Shown one piece after another: positions 35,181-45,059 of a stretch of 64,000 nt of DNA. Source of the stretch: a virus; the IMG/VR virus record IMGVR_UViG_3300028800_000071, positions 1 to 64,000 of that record. One strand, 5' to 3'. The notes under the pieces were generated by a model that had not been told where the DNA came from, did not search any database, and saw only the letters and a program-made list of their open reading frames with translations. Numbering within the stretch: position 1 is the first letter of the stretch; each line of letters begins with the position of its first letter. A program made the translations under genes and the position numbers.

Positions 35181-36382
35181 GCATTCAGAAGTACGGCCTC
35201 CAAGATCTCATCCAACTCATGCTGACGGCGTATGCCGCCAAAGCAAAACAGGAAGCCGACGTCGGCACGGGCTCGCAGTTCGGCCCCATGTATCGCGCGA
35301 TGGCGCTCGCCGAGCAGCTGCTCCAAAACGAAAACGTTTACGTCGAGACCATCCTGCGCCTCGCGGCGATTCAAGATCCTCTGCCGGACGGCACGCCAAA
35401 CCCCGACGTGGATTCATTCGTCAACCCGTTCAACTTCTTTCGCAACGGACCGGGCTATGCGGTCGGCGGCGTCACGGTTTCGATTCCCGCCTCGCTGCCA
35501 ACCGATAAGACGATTCCGGTCGGCTATCTGTTTGGTGCCAATGCCGGCCCGACGTACACCGTCGCGGCTAACGGCCCCGGCTACAACTCCGGCGCGGGCG
35601 GTTACGTCATCCCGGCCGGTCAAACCAGCGTCATCGCGTACGTGCAATGCAACGTGTCGGGGTCGCAAGGCAACGCGCTGCCGAACACGATCACGCAGGT
35701 GCTTTCGGGGCCGAACGGATCGCCTCCCGATCCGACGCTCGCGATCAGCAACGCTTTATTGCTCACCGGCGGCGTCGATTCCGAAGTTGGCCAGCCGCTA
35801 AAGACGCGCTTCGCGCAGTATATTGCCGGCGGCGGCGAAGGCACGCCGACGAGCATCATGGCGGCCGTCGGCCAATCAATGACGGGGATCACGTACAGTT
35901 ACGGCGACTTCGTGATGGGCACCGAAGTGTCGAACGTCTGGACCTTTACGCCGAACACCGACGGATGGTTTACGGTCTGCGTCGATATCATGGGCGCGCC
36001 GGGAACGATCACGCAGGACCAACTCAATACGATCGCCGCGCTGATTCTCAACGATTATCGCGCCGGCGGCATCCATTACGCCGTCGCACCGCCGACGCCG
36101 CTCGACGTGGCTGGTGCCGGTACGGTCGTGCTCGTGCCTGGTGCCGATCCCGGCATCGTCGTGCCGGCGGTCAATGCCGCCTTCATCACGTTCGTCAACA
36201 ACCTCGGGCTCGATCCGCTCGGCGGTCCGATGATCTGCTCGATCATGGCGGCGTACATTGCGCTCTCGCAAGTCCCCGGCGTGCTGCGAATCGACAATCT
36301 CACGCTCAACAGCGGCAACGCCGATATCACCGCCGACTTCGGACAAATCCTGCGGGCCGGCACACCCGGCTTCGCCGCGTAA
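35177..36382 (+). CDS. baseplate J/gp47-like protein
   Basis: GSQGNA, GGVDSE...LKTRF, DYRAGG, VPGV. Confidence 0.85.
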   Translation: MSIQKYGLQDLIQLMLTAYAAKAKQEADVGTGSQFGPMYRAMALAEQLLQNENVYVETILRLAAIQDPLPDGTPNPDVDSFVNPFNFFRNGPGYAVGGVTVSIPASLPTDKTIPVGYLFGANAGPTYTVAANGPGYNSGAGGYVIPAGQTSVIAYVQCNVSGSQGNALPNTITQVLSGPNGSPPDPTLAISNALLLTGGVDSEVGQPLKTRFAQYIAGGGEGTPTSIMAAVGQSMTGITYSYGDFVMGTEVSNVWTFTPNTDGWFTVCVDIMGAPGTITQDQLNTIAALILNDYRAGGIHYAVAPPTPLDVAGAGTVVLVPGADPGIVVPAVNAAFITFVNNLGLDPLGGPMICSIMAAYIALSQVPGVLRIDNLTLNSGNADITADFGQILRAGTPGFAA

Positions 36383-36394
36383 AGGAGAACCTCG

Positions 36395-39046
36395 ATGCTG
36401 CGATTGCTCAAGGCGATCGGACCGGTCGTCGTGTGCGCCGCATTCTTCGCCATGCCGCACGTCGCACGCGCGAACCAAAGCGCGGCGATTACGTACTGCG
36501 CACCGCCGGTCATATTCACGCAAGGCCAAACGATCAACGCCGACCCGTTTAATCAAAACTTCGGCACCGCCTCGACGTGCCCGGCACAGTATGGCGATAT
36601 GTTTAGCGACGGGCCGTTCTACGACCCGACCGTGCCTTTCAGCGGCTCGTCCTTCAACTTCACGATCCCCGCCAATACGTGGGTTGCGCTCGGAGCTCGC
36701 GTGCCGACCAGCGCGTCGGCGCTCGTGGCACCAGCAAGCGCGACGAGCTATTGGTGGCTCTCGCGCACCGGCCTCTGGACGTGTACGCTCGACACCGGCC
36801 CGCCGACGAATGCGTGCCCCGGCTTCAATCTTCCCGATACGACCTACGTTTCCGAATACACCATTGCGGCCAACGGCAGCGGCATCACGGCGATTACGCT
36901 CCCGACGATCGCCGGAATCAAGTTCAACGGCACCGTCGCGCTCACGAGCTTCCCGTCGGGATCTTGCTTGCAAACCACGACAGGCGGCGTCCTTACGGCG
37001 ACCGGCCTGCCGTGCGGCAGCGGCGGCAGCGGCATCGCGAGCGTTACGGGCAGCGGCAATATCAACGCCGTCACGGTCTCGGGCGCCGTCATGGTAAGCG
37101 AAGCGAGCTCGCCGACCTGGACCGGCACGCCGACGACGGCGAGCGCCACGCAGGCCGGTTCGTTCAACTTCGGCAGCGATGGCGCGGCCTCGCTCGCGCG
37201 CACCGGCGCGAGCGCCTTCGCGTTCACGGCGGTCGGCCCGGCAACGCTCTCGGTGCCCGGCGGCGTACTGAGCGGCTCGTCGATCTACGGACCCACCTCC
37301 GCTTTCCTCAACGGCGGCCTCACAGCGAGCGCCGTGACCGATTCCGGGCTCTCGGTCGGCCAATGCGTCCAGACGACGACAGGCGGCCTTCTGGCCACCA
37401 CGGGCGCAGCCTGCGCGGGGCTCGGGAACGTGCTCTCGGTGGCGGCCGGCGGCAGCGGCAACGTGACGTGCTCGCCCACGACCGGCAACGTGATCTGCGA
37501 TACGGTCAATAACCCAACGTTTTCGGGCGCCGTCGTGGCCTCGTCGTTCACCGGCTCGGGCGCCGGCCTCACGTCGGGCACGGTGCCGAACGTCGCGCTC
37601 GTAACGCCTGCGGTCACGAGCGTCACCGGGACTTCGCCGATCGCCAGCAGCGGCGGCACGACCCCGGCGATCTCGATCGCGAGCAACCCCGCGCTCTCAG
37701 GCACCGTAACGGGCACGTCGTTCCGCGCCACCGCGGCGATCGTCGCCGGGTCGGCCTCGGCCTTCTTGCCCTCCAATAACGATCTCTCGGCCTCAGAAAC
37801 CACGACCTGCGGCGCGATCTACCTCGGCGGCTCGAGCGATAAGGGCAAACTCGACTACGGCTGCACGAGCGGATCGACGTTCACGTTTGGCACGAATACG
37901 ACCGTCGGCGGCACGCTCGCCGCGACGACGCTCAAAGGCACGACCCTTACCTCGGGCAACTGTGTGCAAGCGACGACCGGCGGCGTTCTGATCACGACCA
38001 GCAGCGCGTGCGGCTCGGCAACCTCCGTGACGTCCGTGGTCGGCACGTCGCCCGTCGGCGTCACGACTTCGGTTGGCGTTGCGACCGTAACGTGTACGAC
38101 GTGCCTCACCGGCTTGACGGCCGGCTCGAATATCTCCGTCGGTAGCGGCACGACGCCATCGGTTGCAGTCGCCTCGTCGCCCACGTTCTCGGGACAGATC
38201 GGCGCGGACGGCAACGCAGCGCCTGCTGCGGGCATTGCGCTCGGCGCGACGACGACGCCGGCAACGATCACCTCTGGCGTAAGTCTGTCGGCAGCGTTCG
38301 CCTTCAAAGATATCTCGGCGAATTGCGGCACGGGATTCATCGAGTTCGTCAAAGGCGCCTCAACGGTGATCTCGCGCATTGATTGCACCGGCAACTATCT
38401 CATGGGATCGTCATCGTACGGTACGAACGCCACGATCGCAGGTTCCTTGAGCGCAGGCACGACGATCTCGGGCGGCAACATTCAAGATAGCGGCTTGGGA
38501 TCGACCGTCACGCCGATCTGCGGAAACAATGCGGCAGCGATCGCGCCGTGCGGCCAACTGACGCCTATGTTTGCGACGACCGGCAACGCAACGAAAGCCA
38601 GCGGCACGTCGGCCAATACGTTGCAGCAACTCGGCGCGTCGGCCCCGTCGTTGACGCTCGGCACAAGCGCCGGCCCCAACGGGCAATGGCTCGTCAAGGC
38701 GCATCTGCTCATTCGTGGCGCATCGGGTTCGACTAGCGAATATCTGTACGGTTGCCTTTCGAATACGATTAGCGGCGGATCAATCACGCCTCAGCAGAAT
38801 TCCGCCGACGAGATCGGCACGACGTGTTGGGCAACGCCGGGAACGGGCTCCGTTCTCGCCGGCACCGTCGGCTTCGGTCAAACGTCGTCGGCCGGCAATC
38901 AGCAATACGGGTTAGACGCGACCGCCGAGGCGATCTTCCTCGCACCGAATGGAGCAACGATCACGATCTATCCGTGGATCGGCGCATCGACCAACGCGAG
39001 CGTGAACGTGAGTGGAGCGCTCTCGGTCGAGGCTGATCCCTACTAA
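36395..39046 (+). CDS. 883-aa Ser/Thr/Gly-rich fibre-like protein with Sec signal peptide and Cys-pair repeats
   Basis: MLRLLKAIGPVVVCAAFFAMPHVARA|NQ; three C[LV]Q[TA]TTGG[VL]LxxTxxxC repeats; AAGGAG RBS. Confidence 0.75.
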   Translation: MLRLLKAIGPVVVCAAFFAMPHVARANQSAAITYCAPPVIFTQGQTINADPFNQNFGTASTCPAQYGDMFSDGPFYDPTVPFSGSSFNFTIPANTWVALGARVPTSASALVAPASATSYWWLSRTGLWTCTLDTGPPTNACPGFNLPDTTYVSEYTIAANGSGITAITLPTIAGIKFNGTVALTSFPSGSCLQTTTGGVLTATGLPCGSGGSGIASVTGSGNINAVTVSGAVMVSEASSPTWTGTPTTASATQAGSFNFGSDGAASLARTGASAFAFTAVGPATLSVPGGVLSGSSIYGPTSAFLNGGLTASAVTDSGLSVGQCVQTTTGGLLATTGAACAGLGNVLSVAAGGSGNVTCSPTTGNVICDTVNNPTFSGAVVASSFTGSGAGLTSGTVPNVALVTPAVTSVTGTSPIASSGGTTPAISIASNPALSGTVTGTSFRATAAIVAGSASAFLPSNNDLSASETTTCGAIYLGGSSDKGKLDYGCTSGSTFTFGTNTTVGGTLAATTLKGTTLTSGNCVQATTGGVLITTSSACGSATSVTSVVGTSPVGVTTSVGVATVTCTTCLTGLTAGSNISVGSGTTPSVAVASSPTFSGQIGADGNAAPAAGIALGATTTPATITSGVSLSAAFAFKDISANCGTGFIEFVKGASTVISRIDCTGNYLMGSSSYGTNATIAGSLSAGTTISGGNIQDSGLGSTVTPICGNNAAAIAPCGQLTPMFATTGNATKASGTSANTLQQLGASAPSLTLGTSAGPNGQWLVKAHLLIRGASGSTSEYLYGCLSNTISGGSITPQQNSADEIGTTCWATPGTGSVLAGTVGFGQTSSAGNQQYGLDATAEAIFLAPNGATITIYPWIGASTNASVNVSGALSVEADPY

Positions 39047-40206
39047 TGACGATCGGAACGTCGCAACTTGGCGGCGGCACCTTTGGTGGTGGCGGTATCT
39101 TTGGCGGCACCGCTGCGCAACTGCTCGCATTCCTGGACGAAACGGGCTCCAATCCGTTACCGGCCGGGATCTACGTGCAAATATACGCCGGGTCGATCGA
39201 CGGGCTGCTCGGTGCGCCGCCGATCGCCGCTGGCTGGACGCAGCCAGGCGGGCTTTGCAATGTTCCCGTACAGCCCGGCAATCTGATCACGTGCGTCTTT
39301 TCATTGTCGTCGCAAGCGCCCCCGAATCCCGTAGAGATTACGCCCGACGGGAACGGTCCGGTTTACACCGTGACGGTGGCACCCTACCGATCTCCGTCGC
39401 TGTCGGACAGCGGATACGCGGCGCTGCTTACTTCGAAACTGCCCAGAGGGTGGTTTAGCGGCGCGGCATTAGCCGATGAACCAGGCGACGGTTCCCCGAG
39501 CGGCATTGCGTACGCGATCGCCTACGCGATCGGTGCGGCGCTTGCGGCGCTTGATCAAGGACAGACGCAGGTCAACCTTGGTCGAGCGCGTCTTGGTCCG
39601 AGCGTCGGCGCCGATATCGACAGTTGGTCGACGGATATGGTCGGCCCGACGTTCGGCCGATATCCTCAAGAATCTGATGCGCTGTTTATCTCGCGCAATA
39701 TGCTCATGGTTTCGCGGCCGCGCTGCTCAATCAACGCGTTGCAAAAGTTCGTGACGCAGTTCTATGCGTCGATCTTGGCAGGTTGGAACGTAACGGGCTC
39801 CGAAGCGCTCGGCTTCGATACGGCGGGCGGCTTCGAAGTATCGGGCGCATTCAATAATCCGCCGGCCCCATCCGTTCCTAAAAATCCGCCGCCCGTAACG
39901 GTGTGGGACGGCATGACGCAACCGGCTCTGGCTGCGGCGCTCGGCGTCACGCCGTTGCAGTTCGTCATTATGGTCGGCCTATTCAGTACGAGTCTCGTCG
40001 AACAACTCGGCTTCAACGTCGCTGGTGCCCTCGGTGGCGGCCCGCACGGCGCGTCGCCCGGCTCGGGCGGATTCAGTAATGAAGTCACAAACGACACGCT
40101 GCCAAGCCCGACGCGCCAGGCGCCAGACCCGCGACTCGGCACGATGATCAATCTCATCACCAAAGGCACCGGCACCGTACCCCTATATCTCATCGGTCAA
40201 CTCTGA
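39046..40206 (+). CDS. baseplate wedge protein (gp48/I-like) with N-terminal extension
   Basis: LPRGWF, ARLG..GADIDSWSTD..G...RYPQESDALFISR. Confidence 0.7.
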   Translation: MTIGTSQLGGGTFGGGGIFGGTAAQLLAFLDETGSNPLPAGIYVQIYAGSIDGLLGAPPIAAGWTQPGGLCNVPVQPGNLITCVFSLSSQAPPNPVEITPDGNGPVYTVTVAPYRSPSLSDSGYAALLTSKLPRGWFSGAALADEPGDGSPSGIAYAIAYAIGAALAALDQGQTQVNLGRARLGPSVGADIDSWSTDMVGPTFGRYPQESDALFISRNMLMVSRPRCSINALQKFVTQFYASILAGWNVTGSEALGFDTAGGFEVSGAFNNPPAPSVPKNPPPVTVWDGMTQPALAAALGVTPLQFVIMVGLFSTSLVEQLGFNVAGALGGGPHGASPGSGGFSNEVTNDTLPSPTRQAPDPRLGTMINLITKGTGTVPLYLIGQL

Positions 40207-40216
40207 GGAGCTCAAC

Positions 40217-41560
40217 GTGAAGAAGTTTGCATCTGCGATCGCCGCGCTCGCGCTCGCGCTCTCGCCGTTCGTGGCGCAAGCGACGCAAGTCACCGTGCAG
40301 CCTGCGCCGACGGCGCGCGTCATGGTGTACGCCGGCCAAAACCCCGACACCAACGAAACCAACCTGATCCCGCGCTTTCAGCGGCTTGCCGACGGCACGA
40401 TGCTGCGCGATATTCTCTCGACGCTCGGCACGTCTGGCGCGTGGTCGAACATTGCGATTCGGCCAGGCTCGGGCCTCAACGTCACGATCAACCCGTATCC
40501 GAATACGTCGCAACTCGGCGCGGTCTATCAGATCGGTCAGAACGACGTGACGGCGCTGCCGCCGCCGCCAGGTCAATCTCCGAATCAGATCCCGGCAGAT
40601 TCGACCAATATCATCATTCAGGCAACGCAGAACGTGCAGAGCAATCCGCTCGGCCCGTTAAGCGCGCCTAGTGGCGCGGGCAACGGCATCTATTACATGG
40701 TCGAGGCGCAACTGAGTTCGATCGACACACAGAACCAATCCATGCTCTTTGTGTCGTCGAGCGGCATCACGAACTATCAGAACGTCAATACGCAACGCCA
40801 AGACATCATCACCTATAAGCTAAACCCGGGCGGGCCAGGCACGGCCGATTGCAGCACGACGTTCCCGACGCCGCCTGCGGTGGATAGCGGTTGGATTGAG
40901 ATCGGCTTGGTCTGCATCCCGCACGCCTTGACGCAGATCACCACGGCCAATATCGCCATGTTCCTCGGGACGAACTTCAACGGTTCGTCCTTTGCGCAAT
41001 TGAACTTCGGCGGCGCCTACGTAACGGGCGGTTGCCAAGGTACGGCGACCAACTGCGGCCCTTCGACGCTCTCCACGTCGCAGAACAGCGGGTGCGATCT
41101 CAATAACGAGCTCGGGTTCGTGATCAATAACAACGCGAATACGAATAACGGGAACCACGTGCTCGTGGCCGATCTGGCCGGCGATCTGGGCGTCTGCGGC
41201 AGCGAGCTCCATATCTTCAATCAGAACTCGAACTCGACGGCCGCCAAGATCATCGTCAATACGTCCGTCGATAAAGGCACGGCCACGGACGAAACGCTGT
41301 ATCCGGCCAATAACACCGCGACCTTGGTGACGAATTCCAACTGCGCCAACGCCACGATCTGCCAAAGCGCAGCGGAAAAGGATATCTGCGCTCAGTCCGG
41401 CGCGGCGTCAACGGCGATGATTACGCCGAATGGCGATTCCGCGATGGCGGTGACGAGCGCGCCCACGTCGGGGACCGGCGTACGTGTAGAGTTTTACAAC
41501 GTGAGCGGTAGCTCGATCTCGAGCCCGCACACGTTTAACTTTACCTATACGTGCTTCTGA
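40217..41560 (+). CDS. tail-fibre-type protein with Sec signal peptide and Cys-rich C-terminus
   Basis: MKKFASAIAALALALSPFVAQA|TQ; occupies the fibre slot after the wedge gene; P.VDSGWIEIGLV.I....TQITTANI baseplate-proximal pattern. Confidence 0.7.
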   Translation: MKKFASAIAALALALSPFVAQATQVTVQPAPTARVMVYAGQNPDTNETNLIPRFQRLADGTMLRDILSTLGTSGAWSNIAIRPGSGLNVTINPYPNTSQLGAVYQIGQNDVTALPPPPGQSPNQIPADSTNIIIQATQNVQSNPLGPLSAPSGAGNGIYYMVEAQLSSIDTQNQSMLFVSSSGITNYQNVNTQRQDIITYKLNPGGPGTADCSTTFPTPPAVDSGWIEIGLVCIPHALTQITTANIAMFLGTNFNGSSFAQLNFGGAYVTGGCQGTATNCGPSTLSTSQNSGCDLNNELGFVINNNANTNNGNHVLVADLAGDLGVCGSELHIFNQNSNSTAAKIIVNTSVDKGTATDETLYPANNTATLVTNSNCANATICQSAAEKDICAQSGAASTAMITPNGDSAMAVTSAPTSGTGVRVEFYNVSGSSISSPHTFNFTYTCF

Positions 41561-41856
41561 GGTTCAAACGCGTCGATCATTCGCCGCGCCGATAGAACGA
41601 AGAAGCAGGCAGCGGCCAAGCCAAACTCGGGCGCCCATGAGGCGAGCACCACGCAGATCCCCGCCATCGCGGAGTTACGAATGACGCCGGTCAATCGCTC
41701 CGCGAGCTCGTAGAACGCGGCGTTCGGCTGCTCGATGATCGGAGTGACGTTGCGGAGATCCCGGGCCGGCAGCGCGTCGGCGAACTCGGGGTGCTCGATC
41801 GCGATCATCACCTGTACGTGAGGCGGAAGATCAAGGAAGTGGATGCTGCGCCGCAT
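41545..41856 (-). CDS. small membrane protein on the opposite strand
   Basis: ATG 41856; two hydrophobic C-terminal stretches. Confidence 0.5.
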   Translation of the reverse strand: MRRSIHFLDLPPHVQVMIAIEHPEFADALPARDLRNVTPIIEQPNAAFYELAERLTGVIRNSAMAGICVVLASWAPEFGLAAACFFVLSARRMIDAFEPQKHV

Positions 41857-41879
41857 TTGAGGGGGCAAGTATAGCACGA

Positions 41880-42140
41880 ATGACCCCGCAGGGCTATCGG
41901 AACCGGCTCGCGTGCATAGAGTGGCACGTGAACTTCTGGCTGCAATCGGGAACCGATTACGACCAATGCCAGCGTACCTTACACCACCTTCAAGAATGCC
42001 TCGACGCGGACTTCTACGGCGAAGCGCGCCCAGAGGCGCCCGATTCCATTACACTAGTATTAATTGACTATTTGGACCGGGAGTTTTCCGGCCCGACCGT
42101 CGAACGGGATGGTTGGGGAGCGCTCGTTTCGTTTGAATGA
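41880..42140 (+). CDS. hypothetical protein
   Basis: ORF divergent from 41545-41856. Confidence 0.5.
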   Translation: MTPQGYRNRLACIEWHVNFWLQSGTDYDQCQRTLHHLQECLDADFYGEARPEAPDSITLVLIDYLDREFSGPTVERDGWGALVSFE

Positions 42141-42191
42141 GGAGCGAGTTACCGAGGCGAACCCACAACGTCGTGCGCAAGGATTCTGACC

Positions 42192-42512
42192 GTGCCATCT
42201 TGGGAACGCGAGATCTCGGACTTGTGGGCGGCGTTATTCGTCCCCGCGAGCGCCGTCATCGGCACGATCGGCGTCATTCTGCTCGCCCTCACCCGCTTCA
42301 AGGACAAGCGGATGGAAGGGGCGCTCGAAGCGAGCACGACCTGGCGCGAGCTCGCACAAAGCCGCGAGGCCACCAATGTCGATCTCGAACGCAAGGCCGT
42401 GTCGAGAGATCGGTACATTCAGCGGCTCGAACGGCAAAACTCATTCCTTTGGGATCAACTTGCGCCCGAGAAGCGAGAGGAGGTTTCTCGCAAATGGAAC
42501 TTACGCGAATAG
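42192..42512 (+). CDS. TM plus coiled-coil protein, holin- or spanin-like
   Basis: One TM then heptads; lysis region. Confidence 0.5.
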   Translation: MPSWEREISDLWAALFVPASAVIGTIGVILLALTRFKDKRMEGALEASTTWRELAQSREATNVDLERKAVSRDRYIQRLERQNSFLWDQLAPEKREEVSRKWNLRE

Positions 42513-42519
42513 GTGCCGT

Positions 42520-42921
42520 ATGATTAACACGCTTCCGAACACCCTGTGGGCTCTCTCTGTTTGTAGCTTCATTGCGATCTATGCGATCGTGCTCGGCTTT
42601 GCGTGGGGGAAAATCAGCCGGCGGTTTTTGTTCCGCCGATTCGCCGATCACTATACGCAGTTCGACGTGACGTGCGTCGGCATCGGAACATTACTCACCC
42701 TCATTCTTTTTGAGTGGGGCGTTCGCGCGCCGTTCGTATTTTTCGTTTTCGGTCACGTGACGATCGGCGGGTGGTGGGTTCAAATCTGGATCGTCTGCTT
42801 CGCTGCCGGCACAATGTTTGGCTACAGTAAACGCAAGCGCGAGGACAACAACCTCCTCAACGACGGCGCCATTACGTTCTGCCCCCATCCTAACTGTCCA
42901 GCACTAAAAGGAGATCACTAG
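42520..42921 (+). CDS. multi-TM membrane protein, holin candidate
   Basis: Three to four hydrophobic segments upstream of the endolysins. Confidence 0.55.
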   Translation: MINTLPNTLWALSVCSFIAIYAIVLGFAWGKISRRFLFRRFADHYTQFDVTCVGIGTLLTLILFEWGVRAPFVFFVFGHVTIGGWWVQIWIVCFAAGTMFGYSKRKREDNNLLNDGAITFCPHPNCPALKGDH

Positions 42922-43301
42922 TGAAGCAAATCCTCGCCGTTGCGATGCTCATGCTCGCGGCGGCACCCGTGTCTGCGGCAACGCCGCCACCGAATGCCGC
43001 GCCGGCGAGCGCGCCAATCCAAAATGCACCGAACGGTGTCAAGCCAAGTCCGCAGCCGTTATGGGCGCTCGTGAAAACCGTGCAAGACAACGACGCCGCC
43101 GTAACGCGCGACTACAATCTTTTTGTCATGCACTATCAGACGTTCGGCGCCTCGGTCTATGCACCGTGGTGCGTCAACGCGGGCGGCGTCCTCACCGTGA
43201 AGCTCGCCAAAGCGTGGGCTGCATGGCCGGCAACCGTGTGGTGCCATAAGGACGATCCGAAAGGGCCAGGGCGTTCCGCCACGGCGCCGGTGGTCAAATG
43301 A
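42921..43301 (+). CDS. secreted protein with Pro/Ala linker
   Basis: MKQILAVAMLMLAAAPVSA signal; two Cys. Confidence 0.65.
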   Translation: MKQILAVAMLMLAAAPVSAATPPPNAAPASAPIQNAPNGVKPSPQPLWALVKTVQDNDAAVTRDYNLFVMHYQTFGASVYAPWCVNAGGVLTVKLAKAWAAWPATVWCHKDDPKGPGRSATAPVVK

Positions 43302-44029
43302 TCGCCACCCATCATTGGTCCGGCTCGCGCGCCGTTCGCGGCCGCAACTATCATATCGAGAACGCGCGTACGGGCATCATCGACGACGCCTATCGCCATC
43401 TGCTGCGCGCCGCATGGATCACCGACGACGGCGCCAAGTCGGTAGACTTCCATAAACTCAAATCGCTGTTCATCGTCTACAAGAACGATTCGCTCACGGA
43501 AACGACCGAGTTCGGGACCTGGGATCTCAATAGCGATCCGCGCAACGGCACGCCGAATATCGAGATCGCCTCGCTCTGTATGCCGGGCGGCGCGACGGAC
43601 TTCGAGGGCGTCGAACCATTCACGATCGCGCACGCATGGGTTCACGCCTACGAAACCGCGGCGATCTGCCTGCTCAAAGGTCAAGACCCGCAGGAGTTCT
43701 TCAACGCAAACGTCGCGCCGCAACTGCAAAACGGACCGATCTTCGTTTTTAGTACGCACGGCGAGCGTGCGATTCAGACCAAGAACTACAACGTGCCTGG
43801 CGCCGGCGCATCGTCGGAAGCCGTGTCTGAGGAATATGGCTACTTCTTCGGCAGCGGTGATTCTGATTCGCGCGCCGATCTATTCTGCCTCGACGGCGCG
43901 TGGTACAACGGCAAAGTCACCGAGGACCAATGCCGATCGAGCGCGGCAGCGATCCGCCATCACGCGCTCATGATCATCCAGCACGGGCTCGTGAAAGACT
44001 TCTGGGGGCTCGACGGCCCCGAGAGCTAA
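43298..44029 (+). CDS. divergent N-acetylmuramoyl-L-alanine amidase (endolysin)
   Basis: HHWSG...NYH, IEIASLCM.G, THGE resemble Amidase_2 phage lysins. Confidence 0.55.
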   Translation: MIATHHWSGSRAVRGRNYHIENARTGIIDDAYRHLLRAAWITDDGAKSVDFHKLKSLFIVYKNDSLTETTEFGTWDLNSDPRNGTPNIEIASLCMPGGATDFEGVEPFTIAHAWVHAYETAAICLLKGQDPQEFFNANVAPQLQNGPIFVFSTHGERAIQTKNYNVPGAGASSEAVSEEYGYFFGSGDSDSRADLFCLDGAWYNGKVTEDQCRSSAAAIRHHALMIIQHGLVKDFWGLDGPES

Positions 44030-44078
44030 AGCGCAACGAGGGCGAGCAATCGCCCTCGCTTCTTTCCCCGAAGGTGTC

Positions 44079-44891
44079 ATGGACAATCACGTCGTCGATA
44101 TCTGCCTCGCGATCTTCGCTTTGTCGATGGTCGCGCTTGCCGTTATTCCGCACCCCGAAGGTACGCCGATCCCATCGGCGCCGCTCACGAAGCCGCTCTC
44201 AAAGACGGCCGCGGTCGTGCTCAAATACAATAACGAGCATCCATTCTTCAGTAAGGCGCCCGTGTGGACCGAACCGGCGCCCGGCGTAACGATTCACAAG
44301 ATCCCGCCGAGCACGGCGCAAGAAGAAGCCGACGTCGCCGAAGCCGCGAGCGTGCGCGAGAAGTATCCGCTCACGATGATCTTCGCTGCGCTCGGCGTCG
44401 AGAGCGTGCTCGATCCGCTTTGCGAAAACCACAACGCCGCGCCGGGCGAAAGCAACGAAGGCAATAAGTTCGGGCCGGCCGGTTGGGATATGGGGCTTGG
44501 ACAGTTCAAACTCGGAATTCTGGCCAAGGCGCTCGGCATCACGCTCGCGCAGGCACAGGAGCTCGCGTTCACGATCAAATGGGCGATCGACTATCACGTC
44601 GCCGTGATGAAGAAGGAAGTCGCCTGGGCCAATACGGTCATTGCGCAAAACCAAGGCAACTCGAACGTCGATTATCGCTTTCGCGATCCGTATCTACTCG
44701 CGACGTGCTCGTACAACTACGGCCGCAACGGCGTGCTCGAACAGTATTATTACAAAGGCACGTTTCCCGACGGCGGCAAGAACCCCGATGGTACTCCGCG
44801 CAAGAATCACGGCGCGTCGGTCATGAGTGACGAAGCCTACTTTGCCAAGCAACTCGGCGTAACGTCGATCTTCGCCTATCTCAAGGCGTAG
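44079..44891 (+). CDS. lytic transglycosylase with N-terminal signal or anchor
   Basis: GVES catalytic Glu, MGLGQF, SYNYG (SLT motifs I-III). Confidence 0.75.
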   Translation: MDNHVVDICLAIFALSMVALAVIPHPEGTPIPSAPLTKPLSKTAAVVLKYNNEHPFFSKAPVWTEPAPGVTIHKIPPSTAQEEADVAEAASVREKYPLTMIFAALGVESVLDPLCENHNAAPGESNEGNKFGPAGWDMGLGQFKLGILAKALGITLAQAQELAFTIKWAIDYHVAVMKKEVAWANTVIAQNQGNSNVDYRFRDPYLLATCSYNYGRNGVLEQYYYKGTFPDGGKNPDGTPRKNHGASVMSDEAYFAKQLGVTSIFAYLKA

Positions 44892-44903
44892 GAGGATCAT
44901 TGC

Positions 44904-45059
44904 ATGGATTCCGATTCTGGCGGTGGCGCAAAAGGGTCCGTCGCCGCTTCAGACAGCCTCGATGCCGTCGTGATTCACAAAGACGGCAGCACGACCCAAA
45001 CTCAGCTAACGGGCGTTAAAAAAATCATCGCCTGGTTCAAAGGATGGTTCACGTCATGA
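44904..45059 (+). CDS. 51-aa protein (not in the ORF track)
   Basis: AGGAGG RBS; MDSDSGGG...LDAVVIHKDGSTT...IIAWFKGWFTS*; ATGA overlap with the next gene. Confidence 0.6.
   Translation: MDSDSGGGAKGSVAASDSLDAVVIHKDGSTTQTQLTGVKKIIAWFKGWFTS

Noticed and set aside
25781-41560. Tailocin, eCIS or T6SS rather than a phage
   Set aside because: Terminase, portal, scaffold and capsid genes are all present and intact
44103-44120. Third LAIF motif (CLAIFAL) as a Prp site
   Set aside because: It lies within a hydrophobic signal segment and lacks the LP-x-aromatic prefix and the following Asp
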